Shown: positions 10,380-19,695 of the stretch, in pieces | Numbering within the stretch: position 1 is the stretch's first letter | Layout: every line of letters begins with the position of its first letter | From: Arcobacteraceae bacterium | GTDB taxonomy: Bacteria; Campylobacterota; Campylobacteria; Campylobacterales; Arcobacteraceae | Direction: 5' to 3' | Length of the DNA stretch: 64,000 nt | NCBI GenBank assembly: GCA_965224485.1 | Contig: CBDCZH010000001.1 | Location: 45,907-109,906, forward strand | Program-made: the position numbers and the translations under genes | Notes under the pieces: model-generated | Databases searched by the model: none | What the model was told of the DNA's origin: nothing | Seen by the model: only the letters and a program-made list of their open reading frames with translations

Positions 10380-11235
10380 AAATAGAAAAAGACTTCAAAA
10401 AATTCCAAACAATGAAAAACTTGTAAAGAGATTAAAATCTAAGGATTTATTACTTTGTGAGTGTTTAGAAATAATAGATAGTTTTGATGATAATTTCTTT
10501 GATAGCTCTTCTTTAGAGCTAGAACTTTTAATATCAAATGGTTTTCCACTTGATGTACAAGAAGATAAAGTATTACTAAAAACAGCAAGAACTCCTTTAC
10601 ATAATCAAACTTTTTGTATAGTTGATATAGAAACAAATGGTTCTGATATTACAAAAGGACAAATTATTGAACTTGGTGCTGTTAAGTATAGAAATGGAAA
10701 AATCATTGATAAATATGACTCCTTAGTATATGCTAAAACTATTCCTCCTTATATTCAAGAAGTTACAAATATTACTCCTTTGATGTTAGAAGATGCTCCT
10801 ATTATAAATAAGGTTTTAGAAGAGTTTAAAATATTTTTAGAAGATGATGTTTTTGTAGCTCATGATATAAAGTTTGATTATAAATTTGTTTCAGACTCTT
10901 TTGAAAAATATGACCTAGGAAAATTAGAAAATAGAAAACTTTGTACTATTGATTTATCAAAAAGAACAATTGCTGCAAAGAGATATGGTTTAGATTTTTT
11001 AAAAACTTTATTAGACATAGATATAAAAAATCAACATAGAGCTTATAGTGATGCTTTAAGTACTTCTTATATCTTAAAAAAGGCTTTTAATCTTTTACCT
11101 TCTTGTGTTCAAACAGCAGAAGATTTAATAGAATTTTCTAAATCAAATAATATAATAAATGCCACTATTCCTAGAAATATGAAAAAAGATAAAAACAAAA
11201 ATGGAAATGAAAAAATGAAGGAAAAAAATGTTTGA
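10369..11235 (+). CDS. DEDDh 3'-5' exonuclease (DNA polymerase III epsilon-like)
   Basis: VDIETNG, FVAHDIKFD, HRAYSDA. Confidence 0.88.
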   Translation: MKLKNRKRLQKIPNNEKLVKRLKSKDLLLCECLEIIDSFDDNFFDSSSLELELLISNGFPLDVQEDKVLLKTARTPLHNQTFCIVDIETNGSDITKGQIIELGAVKYRNGKIIDKYDSLVYAKTIPPYIQEVTNITPLMLEDAPIINKVLEEFKIFLEDDVFVAHDIKFDYKFVSDSFEKYDLGKLENRKLCTIDLSKRTIAAKRYGLDFLKTLLDIDIKNQHRAYSDALSTSYILKKAFNLLPSCVQTAEDLIEFSKSNNIINATIPRNMKKDKNKNGNEKMKEKNV

Positions 11236-11761
11236 TCAAGATAAATATTTAAAAGCAATAAATTTTGCACAAAAAGCTTATGAAAATCATGAAAACAAAG
11301 AATCAATGATAACATATTTAAGCAGCGTTGCTATGGAAGTTATACATGCTACAATTGAGTCAAAATTTGATCAAAGAGATGCGAATATTGCTATTACTTG
11401 TGCTTTATTACATAATATATTTGATAATACTTCTGTTAGTTTTGATGAAGTTTTAGAAGAATTTGATGAAGATATTTCAAATGGAGTTGAAGCTTTAAGT
11501 AATAATAAACAAATGAATGCTAAAGATCAATTAGGAGATAGTGTTAATAAACTCTTGGGTGAATCATATAATGTTCAAATAGTAAAAATAGCAAGTACTA
11601 TAATATCTTTACAAAAACCAAAAGAGAATAGTGATTCACTAGAAATATTCAATAAACATAAAGAAGCTAGATTTATCCTTTCTTGTTTTAAAAATGCAAA
11701 TATGTATATAGCAAAAAGATTAGAAGAAAAAATAGCTTTATATCGGACTTATATTAAGTAG
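11228..11761 (+). CDS. HD-domain protein of RelA/SpoT hydrolase (Mesh1/SAH) type with a degenerate active site
   Basis: KAINFAQKA..VAMEV..CALLHNIFDNT..EEFDEDISNGVEALS..IVKIAS follows the SAH pattern, but HD is HN. Confidence 0.65.
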   Translation: MFDQDKYLKAINFAQKAYENHENKESMITYLSSVAMEVIHATIESKFDQRDANIAITCALLHNIFDNTSVSFDEVLEEFDEDISNGVEALSNNKQMNAKDQLGDSVNKLLGESYNVQIVKIASTIISLQKPKENSDSLEIFNKHKEARFILSCFKNANMYIAKRLEEKIALYRTYIK

Positions 11762-11873
11762 TTGTAGCTATTAAGTTGTATGTTGTAGGTACTTTGATTT
11801 ATTGATAATTCTGTTGAAAATCTTGTGAAAACATAGGTTTTTACTTGACAAAGTAGTCTATTTTGGACAAAAT

Positions 11874-12025
11874 ACCTACAAACCTACAAACCTACAAACC
11901 TACAAACCTACAAACCTACAAACCTACAAACCTACAAACCTACAAACCTACAAACCTACAAACCTACAAACCTACAAACCTACAAACCTACAAACCTACA
12001 AACCTACAAACCTACAAACCTACAA
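11874..12025. repeat. Perfect tandem repeat (ACCTACAA)x19
   Basis: 152 bp = 19 exact 8-mers counted directly; overlaps the oorC stop. Confidence 0.97.
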
Positions 12026-12572
12026 CTCTCTTAGCATACTCTATTCCTAAATCAAAAGCTTTTTCATTTATATCATGAACTTTTTTAGGAACTTTACTTA
12101 ACATAGTTGCTCTTAGAATTTCTGGATCAACTGTATTGTTTGTCATATAATTAGCAATAGATAAAGCAAGTACACTTTGTGTAATTACATTTCCTACTTC
12201 TTCTTTTGCAATTGTAATAATAGGAATCTCATATATCACCCATTTTTTCTTATCTTCTTCACTAGGTTTTACTAAATTAGGTTCAATTACAATAATCCCA
12301 CCTTCTTTAACACCTTTTTTAAAAGAATCATATGAAACTTGTGCAACAGATAACATAAAATCAATTTCACCATCATTTGCATAAGGGTATAAAATTTCGC
12401 CATCTTCTAAAGTAATATCAACAACAGTAGGTCCACCTCTTACTTGTGAAGTATATGTTGATGTTTTTAACCCATTTCCACCTGCATTAATCTTAGCAGC
12501 TGCAAAGATAGAACCTGCAAGAAGAACACCTTGTCCACCAACACCTGTAAATCTCATTAATGTTTTTGCCAT
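12012..12572 (-). CDS. oorC: 2-oxoglutarate:ferredoxin oxidoreductase gamma subunit
   Basis: RFTGVGGQGV, YTSQVRGG; operon context. Confidence 0.93.
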   Translation of the reverse strand: MAKTLMRFTGVGGQGVLLAGSIFAAAKINAGGNGLKTSTYTSQVRGGPTVVDITLEDGEILYPYANDGEIDFMLSVAQVSYDSFKKGVKEGGIIVIEPNLVKPSEEDKKKWVIYEIPIITIAKEEVGNVITQSVLALSIANYMTNNTVDPEILRATMLSKVPKKVHDINEKAFDLGIEYAKRVVGL

Positions 12573-12581
12573 TGTTTCTCC

Positions 12582-13415
12582 TTATAGTTCTACCATAGTA
12601 TTATTTTGATGTGCTAGTTTTACTTTTTCATATGAATCTGTATATTCAGCAGCATCTTTATCTTGTTTTAAAATTCCAGTAGGAAATAAACCTTTTTGTT
12701 CTGCTGGTTCTAATTTATCAAATTTCATTTTTGCCATAGAAATAGAATCAATCCATTCTAAGTTAGCCATAGCAGAACCCATTTTATTTTTTCTTCCTAA
12801 GTTTACATGACAGTTTGAAAAAATATCAAAGAAAGAGTATCCATTGTGTTGAAACCCTTTTACAAAAACTCGCTCTAGTTTTTTAGGATCTAACATAGTT
12901 TCTCTTGCTACAAATGAAGCTCCTGCTCCTATTGCTAAGTTACAAGCATCAAAAGTAGGGTCAATATTCCCTCTTTTCATAGTTACAGTCCACATACCTT
13001 GAGGAGTTGTTGGGCTTGTTTGAGAGTTTGTTAAACCATAAATGAAGTTATTAATTACAATATGATTAATATCAATATTTCTTCTACATCCATGAATTGT
13101 ATGATTTCCCCCAATAGCTAGACCATCTCCATCTCCTGTGATACAAAAAACTTTTTTCTCAGGATTTGCTAGTTTTATTCCTGTTGCATAAGCAATTGTT
13201 CGTCCATGAGTTGTATGAACTGTATTACAGTTTATATAAGAAGAGAATCTTCCAGAACATCCAATACCTGATACAACACACATATCATCCATTTTCCATT
13301 CAAGTTTATCAATTGCTCTAATAAATGCTTTTAAAATTACACCATCACCACATCCCCAACACCAAAGTGTTGGCATTTTATTAGTTCTTAAATATTCATC
13401 ATAATTAAAAGCCAT
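12582..13415 (-). CDS. oorB: 2-oxoglutarate:ferredoxin oxidoreductase beta subunit
   Basis: WCWGCGDG, SGIGCS, TPP motif GDGD...NNFIYG. Confidence 0.95.
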   Translation of the reverse strand: MAFNYDEYLRTNKMPTLWCWGCGDGVILKAFIRAIDKLEWKMDDMCVVSGIGCSGRFSSYINCNTVHTTHGRTIAYATGIKLANPEKKVFCITGDGDGLAIGGNHTIHGCRRNIDINHIVINNFIYGLTNSQTSPTTPQGMWTVTMKRGNIDPTFDACNLAIGAGASFVARETMLDPKKLERVFVKGFQHNGYSFFDIFSNCHVNLGRKNKMGSAMANLEWIDSISMAKMKFDKLEPAEQKGLFPTGILKQDKDAAEYTDSYEKVKLAHQNNTMVEL

Positions 13416-13416
13416 A

Positions 13417-14547
13417 TTACATTCCTCTCACTTTTTGCACAATTTCTAAAGGTGCAATTGGTCTACCATTTGCTTTTAATAATGTTTCAAAATCTCTTCT
13501 ACTACTAACTCTTTCTATTTCTTCAAGATATTGACCTAAATTTAACTCAGTTACTAAAACTTTTTTAAATTTATCAGTTAATTCTTTGATTCTTTTTGCT
13601 GGACTTGGCCATAAAGTAATAGGTCTAAACATACCAACTTTAATTCCCTCAGCTCTTAATCTATTAATAGCTTCTTTAACTGACAAAGACATAGAACCAT
13701 AAGCAATAATTAAAATATCAGCATCTTCTATTTTATACTCTTCATTTAATTCAATTTCATCTATATAGTTATCAACTTTTCTAAATAATCTTTTGATTAA
13801 ATCATCACATTTTTGCTCATCTTCTGTAGGATGACCACTTTCATCATGATGTAAACCAGTAAAGTGATATCTATAACCTTCAAACATAGGATTCAATACT
13901 GCTGGTTGATCATTTTCGCAAGCGTAAGGTTTATAATCTTTTTTATCGCCTGTAAAAACCTTTCTTGGAACTATTGCTTCTTTAACTTCTTGTTCTGTAG
14001 GAATAACCGCTTTTCCACTCATATGCCCAATTGTTTCATCGAATAAAACAAAAACAGGAGTCATAAATCTATCTGCTAAATTAAATGCTCTTACTGTCTC
14101 AGTATAACACTCAGAAAGTGTTCCTGCACATAAAGTAATTGATTTAAAATCTCCATGTGTTGGAGTTTTTGCTTGATTTACATCACCTTGTGCAACTCTT
14201 GTAGGTAGACCAGTAGAAGGTCCACCTCTCATTACATTGATAATTACAATAGGAACTTCTGATATAAAAGCAAGTCCTATATTTTCAGCCTTTAGTGATA
14301 TTCCAGGTCCTGATGTTGCTGTTAAAGCACGTTTACCAGACATAGCTGCACCAATAGTACAGCAAATTCCTGCTATTTCATCTTCCATTTGAATAGCAGC
14401 TCCTCCAACAGAAGGTAATAAGTCTGAAATTGTATGCATTATTTCACTTGAGGGGGTTAAAGGATAACCACCAAAAAACCTACACCCAGCATCTACTGAT
14501 GCTATTGCTGCTAAATCATTACCAGTTGATATTATTTCTCTAGCCAT
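13417..14547 (-). CDS. oorA: 2-oxoglutarate:ferredoxin oxidoreductase alpha subunit
   Basis: GYPLTPSSE, QMEDEI, TATSGPG, RGGPSTGLPT. Confidence 0.95.
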   Translation of the reverse strand: MAREIISTGNDLAAIASVDAGCRFFGGYPLTPSSEIMHTISDLLPSVGGAAIQMEDEIAGICCTIGAAMSGKRALTATSGPGISLKAENIGLAFISEVPIVIINVMRGGPSTGLPTRVAQGDVNQAKTPTHGDFKSITLCAGTLSECYTETVRAFNLADRFMTPVFVLFDETIGHMSGKAVIPTEQEVKEAIVPRKVFTGDKKDYKPYACENDQPAVLNPMFEGYRYHFTGLHHDESGHPTEDEQKCDDLIKRLFRKVDNYIDEIELNEEYKIEDADILIIAYGSMSLSVKEAINRLRAEGIKVGMFRPITLWPSPAKRIKELTDKFKKVLVTELNLGQYLEEIERVSSRRDFETLLKANGRPIAPLEIVQKVRGM

Positions 14548-14556
14548 TAATACTCC

Positions 14557-14874
14557 TTAAACGCCTAATGCTCTATATTTATTATTTGCGATAGCTTCTG
14601 CTCTGCTTTTCGCCTCATCACTTAGTTTTGCAAACTTAAATTCTTTTTTATCTGCAACGAAAATTGCGAAATCTGGACAAGATAGTTCACAATCGTTGCA
14701 GCCAATACATGATTCTGGATTTTGTACACTAATCATAGCACCCAGTGTTGAAGTAGGCTCTGGTATCATAGCTATTACTCCAGCTGGACATACAGATACA
14801 CAAACATCACAAGCTTTACAATTATTAGTATTTACCCATACAGGAGTATTACTTGGAGCTTCCATTATTGCCAT
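14557..14874 (-). CDS. oorD: 2-oxoglutarate:ferredoxin oxidoreductase delta subunit (2x[4Fe-4S])
   Basis: CKACDVCVSVCP and CIGCNDCELSCP. Confidence 0.93.
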   Translation of the reverse strand: MAIMEAPSNTPVWVNTNNCKACDVCVSVCPAGVIAMIPEPTSTLGAMISVQNPESCIGCNDCELSCPDFAIFVADKKEFKFAKLSDEAKSRAEAIANNKYRALGV

Positions 14875-15153
14875 TGTTTCCCCTTTTACTTTTATAAAAA
14901 TATTTTATTAAGATATGTTATATTTCTGCTGAAATGATAACAAATATCTAAGTATAATTTTGTTTATGTATTACTAAACTAATTATCTAATTTTAGCTTT
15001 GTTACTTATTGCAACAAATTATATTAAAATTTAAATCTTATCTTAAGTTTAAAAAAAATTTGAACTTAATTATAGACGAAAGTATACTCTTTTTTCATAA
15101 GTGAATAATAAAGAATTGGATATAATTGCCATAATTTACAAAAAGGATTATAT

Positions 15154-15864
15154 TTGCTTCTTTATCAGCCTGATAATGGTTATTGTTACAATAGTGATAC
15201 TCATTTTTTACATAATTTTATATTAAAAAACTTGGAGAAATATAAGAATGTAAAAGGGGAACTTTTAGACATAGGAAGTGGTAGTGGAATATTAGGACTT
15301 TTGACTTCAAGAGATAAAAAAAATCTAAATTTACACCAGTGTGAAATCCAAAAAAGTTTTATAAACTTGTCTTGTATTAATGCCCGAATTAATAAAATAA
15401 GTGCTTTTATGTATGAAGGAAAATATCAAGATATTGTTTTTGATAAAAAGTTTGATATTTGTGTTTCAAATCCTCCTTTTTATCACAATAATGTAATAAA
15501 AAGTGAAAATGAATCTTTAAGAATTGCTAGATATAACGACTCTTTATCTTTAGAAGACTTTATAAGTAAAACAGCAAAGATTTTAAATAACAAAGGCAAG
15601 TTTTTCTTTTGTTATGACGTTAAGCAGATAAATGATATTATCTTCTTATTACGTAAATACAAGTTTAATATAGAATGTTTACAATTTGTTCATCCTAAAA
15701 AAGACAAAGATGCAAGTCTTATTTTAGTTTATGCAAGACGTGATTCTAAGTCTTTAAATAGAGTTCTTCCAGCTTTAGTAGTATTTGAAGAAAATGAGTT
15801 TACACAAGAAGTTCAAGATATTTATAAAGTATCCTCAACACATAGTATAAAAGTACAAATATAA
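15154..15864 (+). CDS. tRNA1(Val) adenine(37)-N6 methyltransferase-like SAM-dependent MTase
   Basis: LDIGSGSG and VSNPPFY motifs. Confidence 0.8.
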   Translation: MLLYQPDNGYCYNSDTHFLHNFILKNLEKYKNVKGELLDIGSGSGILGLLTSRDKKNLNLHQCEIQKSFINLSCINARINKISAFMYEGKYQDIVFDKKFDICVSNPPFYHNNVIKSENESLRIARYNDSLSLEDFISKTAKILNNKGKFFFCYDVKQINDIIFLLRKYKFNIECLQFVHPKKDKDASLILVYARRDSKSLNRVLPALVVFEENEFTQEVQDIYKVSSTHSIKVQI

Positions 15865-16244
15865 TGAATATTTTAAAAAAAGAAGGTTTCTCTTTTGCTT
15901 TTAAGTCAAGTGCTTGTGATACATGTTCTGGAAATTGCTGTATAGGGGAGAGTGGTTATATTTGGATTAATAGCTTAGAGATTCAAAAACTAGCAAAACA
16001 TTTAGTTTTAAGTGTTGATGAACTTTCTTTGAAGTATTTAAGAAAAGTAGGGTATAAGTATTCAATAAAAGAGAATAAACTCCAAGAGAATAATTATGCC
16101 TGTATGTTCTTTGATTTAGAAAAAAAACAGTGTTCCATTTACGAGGCACGTCCAATACAGTGCAAAACGTTCCCTTTTTGGGACTACTTTAAGAGTAATA
16201 TACAAGAGGTGAAAAACGAGTGTCCAGCTATAATCGAATTGTAA
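15864..16244 (+). CDS. YkgJ-family cysteine cluster protein
   Basis: CDTCSGNCC...CMFFD..CSIYEARPIQCKTFPFW. Confidence 0.88.
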   Translation: MNILKKEGFSFAFKSSACDTCSGNCCIGESGYIWINSLEIQKLAKHLVLSVDELSLKYLRKVGYKYSIKENKLQENNYACMFFDLEKKQCSIYEARPIQCKTFPFWDYFKSNIQEVKNECPAIIEL

Positions 16245-17488
16245 TAATCTTATCTCTTTTTGTTTGTATATCTTTTGCAAATGAAAATTCATATAAAAAA
16301 CTTCATGTAAAAGAAGATTTATATATAGTTTTTGCCCTAGAGTATGAAAAAAGCTCTAATTTCAATGCATCACGTGAACTTTTTTTAAAACTTTATACCT
16401 TAACAAATAAATATGAATACCTCTTAAAGTATCTTCGAACTTCTTTATCTTTAAAAAAATTCAAAGATGTAAATAAATATGCTTCAAAAAATTTAAAAGA
16501 AAATGAAAAAGAGTATGAAATAGTATTAAGAATTTACTGTATCTCTTTATTAAATACAAAAGAGGTAAATAAAGCTTTTTTAATTGCAAGTACCTTAATT
16601 AAAAAATTTAATAATGCAATAAACTATGAACTAATGGCAAATGTTTATTTTGTAAAAGAAGATTTTAATAATGCAAAGAAGTATTATGAGAGTGCTTATG
16701 TTATGAGTAAAAAACCTTCTAATTTATTTAATCTTGTAAATATTTTATATGCTTATTTAGATAAAAAAGAACAAGCTATCTCATACTTAGAAACATATGT
16801 TCGTTTATATGGTTGTACTTCTATAGTATGCAATAAACTTTTATCAATTTATCAAGAACAAAATAATATAGATGGTTCAATTTCAATTTTAAAAAGATCA
16901 TATTTTGAGTTTAAAGAAAAAAAGCAAAATGCAAATGCTATAAAAGTATATAAACTTCTAATAGCATATTTAGAGAAAAAAGATATAAAAGAAGCAATTA
17001 AGTTTTTAGAAGAAAATCCCCATGACTCTTATAAGTTAATATCTTTATATAAAAGAACAAATCAAAATAAAAAAGCTTTAGTTTTAGTAAAAAAACTTTA
17101 TGAAGAAACTGGAAATATAGACTTACTTGCACAAATTGCAATTTTAGAATTTGAAAGTGCAAAGAATAAAGAAATTGTTATAAAATCTGTTATAAAAAAG
17201 TTTGAATCAGTTTTAGTAGTTTTAAATAACCATGTTTATCAAAACTATCTTGCTTATATTTTAATTGATTTTGAAATAGATGTAAAAAAAGGTTTAGCTT
17301 TAGTTAAAAAAGCACTAGAACAAGCTCCTAATAATATAGCATATTTAGACTCCCTTGCTTGGGGTTTATATAAAGATAATAAATGCAGCGATGCTTATAG
17401 TATTATGCAAAAAATAGTAGATGAGGTTGGTTTAAGTGATAATGAAATAAAACATCATTGGAAAAAAATTAAAGGTTGTAAAAAATAA
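16220..17488 (+). CDS. Exported TPR-repeat protein
   Basis: Signal-like N-terminus; [33 protein letters not shown] pattern. Confidence 0.8.
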   Translation: MSSYNRIVIILSLFVCISFANENSYKKLHVKEDLYIVFALEYEKSSNFNASRELFLKLYTLTNKYEYLLKYLRTSLSLKKFKDVNKYASKNLKENEKEYEIVLRIYCISLLNTKEVNKAFLIASTLIKKFNNAINYELMANVYFVKEDFNNAKKYYESAYVMSKKPSNLFNLVNILYAYLDKKEQAISYLETYVRLYGCTSIVCNKLLSIYQEQNNIDGSISILKRSYFEFKEKKQNANAIKVYKLLIAYLEKKDIKEAIKFLEENPHDSYKLISLYKRTNQNKKALVLVKKLYEETGNIDLLAQIAILEFESAKNKEIVIKSVIKKFESVLVVLNNHVYQNYLAYILIDFEIDVKKGLALVKKALEQAPNNIAYLDSLAWGLYKDNKCSDAYSIMQKIVDEVGLSDNEIKHHWKKIKGCKK

Positions 17489-18279
17489 TGATATTAGATG
17501 AGATTAATAAAAGAACATTAGAAGACGTAGAAAAAAGACAAAAAGATTATTCTCTTGATTGGTTAGGACGAAGTTTAAGTGCAAATCCTTTTCCTCCAAG
17601 AGATGTTAAACCTTTTTTAATATCAACAAAAGAAGAACCTATTAGAATTATTGCAGAAGTAAAAAAAGCAAGTCCTTCTAAGGGACTTATAAAAGAAGAT
17701 TTTGATCCTTTAAAAATAGCACAAGCTTATAGTAAAAGTGGAGCAAATGCAATTTCTGTACTAACAGAACCTCATTATTTTCAAGGTAACTTAGAATACC
17801 TAACACAAATTAGACGTTATGTACCAACACCACTTCTAAGAAAAGATTTTATCTTAACTAAGTATCAAATTGTAGAAGCTGTAGTTTATGGAGCTGATTT
17901 TATACTGTTAATTGCAAAAAGTCTAAGTACTAAAGCTTTAAAAGAGTTATATGAATATGCCTTACATTTAGGATTGGAAATATTAGTAGAAATACATGAT
18001 AAAGAAGACCTTACAAAAGCCCTGCGTTGTGGGGCTAATATAATTGGAATAAACCATAGAAACCTAGAAACAATGGAAATGGATATGACTATGTGTGATC
18101 AGTTAATTCCCCTTATTCCAAATGGTAAGATAATTGTGGCAGAATCAGGAATTAATGATGTAGAAACTATTAAAAGACTAAGTGGTATAGGAGCAGATGC
18201 TTTTTTAATAGGGGAGCATTTTATGAGACAAGAGAGTATCGAAGACGAGTTGTCTCGATTCAAAAATGCGCTTGTATAA
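17488..18279 (+). CDS. trpC: Indole-3-glycerol phosphate synthase
   Basis: [31 protein letters not shown]. Confidence 0.96.
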   Translation: MILDEINKRTLEDVEKRQKDYSLDWLGRSLSANPFPPRDVKPFLISTKEEPIRIIAEVKKASPSKGLIKEDFDPLKIAQAYSKSGANAISVLTEPHYFQGNLEYLTQIRRYVPTPLLRKDFILTKYQIVEAVVYGADFILLIAKSLSTKALKELYEYALHLGLEILVEIHDKEDLTKALRCGANIIGINHRNLETMEMDMTMCDQLIPLIPNGKIIVAESGINDVETIKRLSGIGADAFLIGEHFMRQESIEDELSRFKNALV

Positions 18280-18404
18280 CTGCATCTTTTTGCAAATTTC
18301 GGCGTCAGGTAATTAAACTATCTACTCATTGACTTATCGTCAAATCCTACGATAGTTTAATCACCTTCCTTGAACTTCACTAAAAAGCTACAATTCTACA
18401 AGCG
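18269..18404. repeat. Long imperfect palindromic element, copy A, overlapping the trpC stop
   Basis: Outer arms CGCTTGTA/TACAAGCG; inner 16-bp stem 18307-18322/18351-18366 (1 mismatch); apical TTGAC-TTATC-GTCAA. Confidence 0.8.
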
Positions 18405-18405
18405 A

Positions 18406-18426
18406 ATTTGGCTTATGGTAAAATAG
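18406..18426 (+). repeat. 21-bp direct repeat, copy 1
   Basis: ATTTGGCTTATGGTAAAATAG, identical to 19277-19297. Confidence 0.85.
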
Positions 18427-18451
18427 CTTTTGACTTATTTTAAAAGCTAAA

Positions 18452-18604
18452 TTATATTTTAGATGATACTTTGATGTTATATTTTTTTCTAATAACTTTA
18501 GTCTCTTTTAAAACTTGTATTGAAGCTTCATTATATCCTTCAATTCTTTGAGTGTTTTTTATGACTTTTTTTAAAACATTTTGATTTAATCTCTTTTTAG
18601 TCAT
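18452..18604 (-). CDS. 50-aa protein, FicA/VbhA-like antitoxin candidate
   Basis: Start moved to ATG 18604 (AAGG upstream); TQRIEG fits the Fic-inhibitory (S/T)xxxE(G/N) motif. Confidence 0.5.
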   Translation of the reverse strand: MTKKRLNQNVLKKVIKNTQRIEGYNEASIQVLKETKVIRKKYNIKVSSKI

Positions 18605-18623
18605 TTTATTAACCTTACTTTCT

Positions 18624-18896
18624 TTATTTTTTAAACAAAGAAGAGTGAGAGCCAACTCTTGTAAGTGCAAGTTCCAAAATGTTATTATTAATTCTATAAA
18701 TTAAAAGTAAATCAGGTTTGATATGACACTCTCTACAGTTGTTAAAGTTTCCTATTAGTTGGTGATCTTTGTATTTTTTATTTAGGTCTTCATTATTGGC
18801 AAGTATTGTAATTATTTCTTTTAAAAGTTGTTTATCTTTGTTAGTTAATTTTTTATAATCTTTTTTAAAACTATTCGTTTTAAATATATTTAACAC
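18624..18896 (-). CDS. yafQ: YafQ-family (RelE superfamily) mRNA interferase
   Basis: FKKDYK, KYKDHQLIGN, RECHIKPDLLLIY, RVGSHSSLF. Confidence 0.92.
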   Translation of the reverse strand: MLNIFKTNSFKKDYKKLTNKDKQLLKEIITILANNEDLNKKYKDHQLIGNFNNCRECHIKPDLLLIYRINNNILELALTRVGSHSSLFKK

Positions 18897-19148
18897 TTAT
18901 GAATCCAAGTCTTTAAATAAATCCTCGACACTATTATGAGTTGTTCCTTTTCTCTGTTTTAGTTCATTTAAAGCTTTTTGTGTCTCTTTAGTAGGAACTT
19001 TAACATCAAAGGGTAAACCATTATTTAAAACAATCATATTATTAAACACAGAAATAGCTTGAGAATAAGTAAGTCCAAGTTTTTTTAAAATATCCTTAGC
19101 TTCAAAATAGTTTTCTTCATCAACTCTAATTGTTGTTTGAGTTTTCAT
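18897..19148 (-). CDS. dinJ: DinJ/RelB-family antitoxin
   Basis: Start moved to MKTQTTIRVD (AAGGA RBS); LGLTYSQAI..GLPFDVKVP; directly upstream of yafQ. Confidence 0.88.
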   Translation of the reverse strand: MKTQTTIRVDEENYFEAKDILKKLGLTYSQAISVFNNMIVLNNGLPFDVKVPTKETQKALNELKQRKGTTHNSVEDLFKDLDS

Positions 19149-19276
19149 ATTTATTCCTTTAATATTTCTATTATATCCCAAAATGAATACAAAATCAAAT
19201 GAAAACACTATTTATTATTTTAAACTATTCTTGATTTTTTATCAATAGTAGTTTAATTATATTCAGCTTGAATAGC

Positions 19277-19297
19277 ATTTGGCTTATGGTAAAATAG
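19277..19297 (+). repeat. 21-bp direct repeat, copy 2
   Basis: Identical to 18406-18426. Confidence 0.85.
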
Positions 19298-19330
19298 ATT
19301 TTTGAATTTTATAAGTGAACTAATAATATG

Positions 19331-19438
19331 TTAATTAGTTTTTTCACTATCTATATGAGTGAGAGCATAAACGCTGTAAACTATCACAGCTGTAAATAGT
19401 ACACCAATAAAAATGATTGATAATTGTGCAAAATCCAT
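19331..19438 (-). CDS. 35-aa single-TM small protein, not in the ORF track
   Basis: AAAGGAG RBS; MDFAQLSIIFIGVLFTAVIVYSVYALTHIDSEKTN*. Confidence 0.6.
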   Translation of the reverse strand: MDFAQLSIIFIGVLFTAVIVYSVYALTHIDSEKTN

Positions 19439-19439
19439 T

Positions 19440-19695
19440 TTATAACTCCTTTATATCATTTATTAGTTTTATTATATATTTTATAATAAAAGGCAATATA
19501 CATATAAATATTATATCTAAAAATATACCAATTACAAATATCAAATCAATATTATCTTTATAGTACATATTTAACAAACCTGCACTTATTGTCAATACAA
19601 CTGCAACAATAATTCCAAATCCAGCTTTAACAAGTGCAGGATCAATGTATTCTAACTCAGTTTGTTCTTAATTGATTAAAAACTCTTTATTTCAT
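19440..19695 (-). pseudogene. Two-TM small protein gene with a damaged 5' end
   Basis: Open frame 19667-19440 (EQTELEYIDPALVKAGFGIIVAVVLTISAGLL...IKEL*) preceded by an in-frame TAA; its stop is 1 nt before the next ATG. Confidence 0.45.

Noticed and set aside
11874..12025. CRISPR array
   Set aside because: Contiguous 8-mers with no spacers and no cas genes
11863..12078. 71-aa ORF (TNLQTYKP)n
   Set aside because: Translation of the 8-mer repeat; no RBS; antisense to oorC
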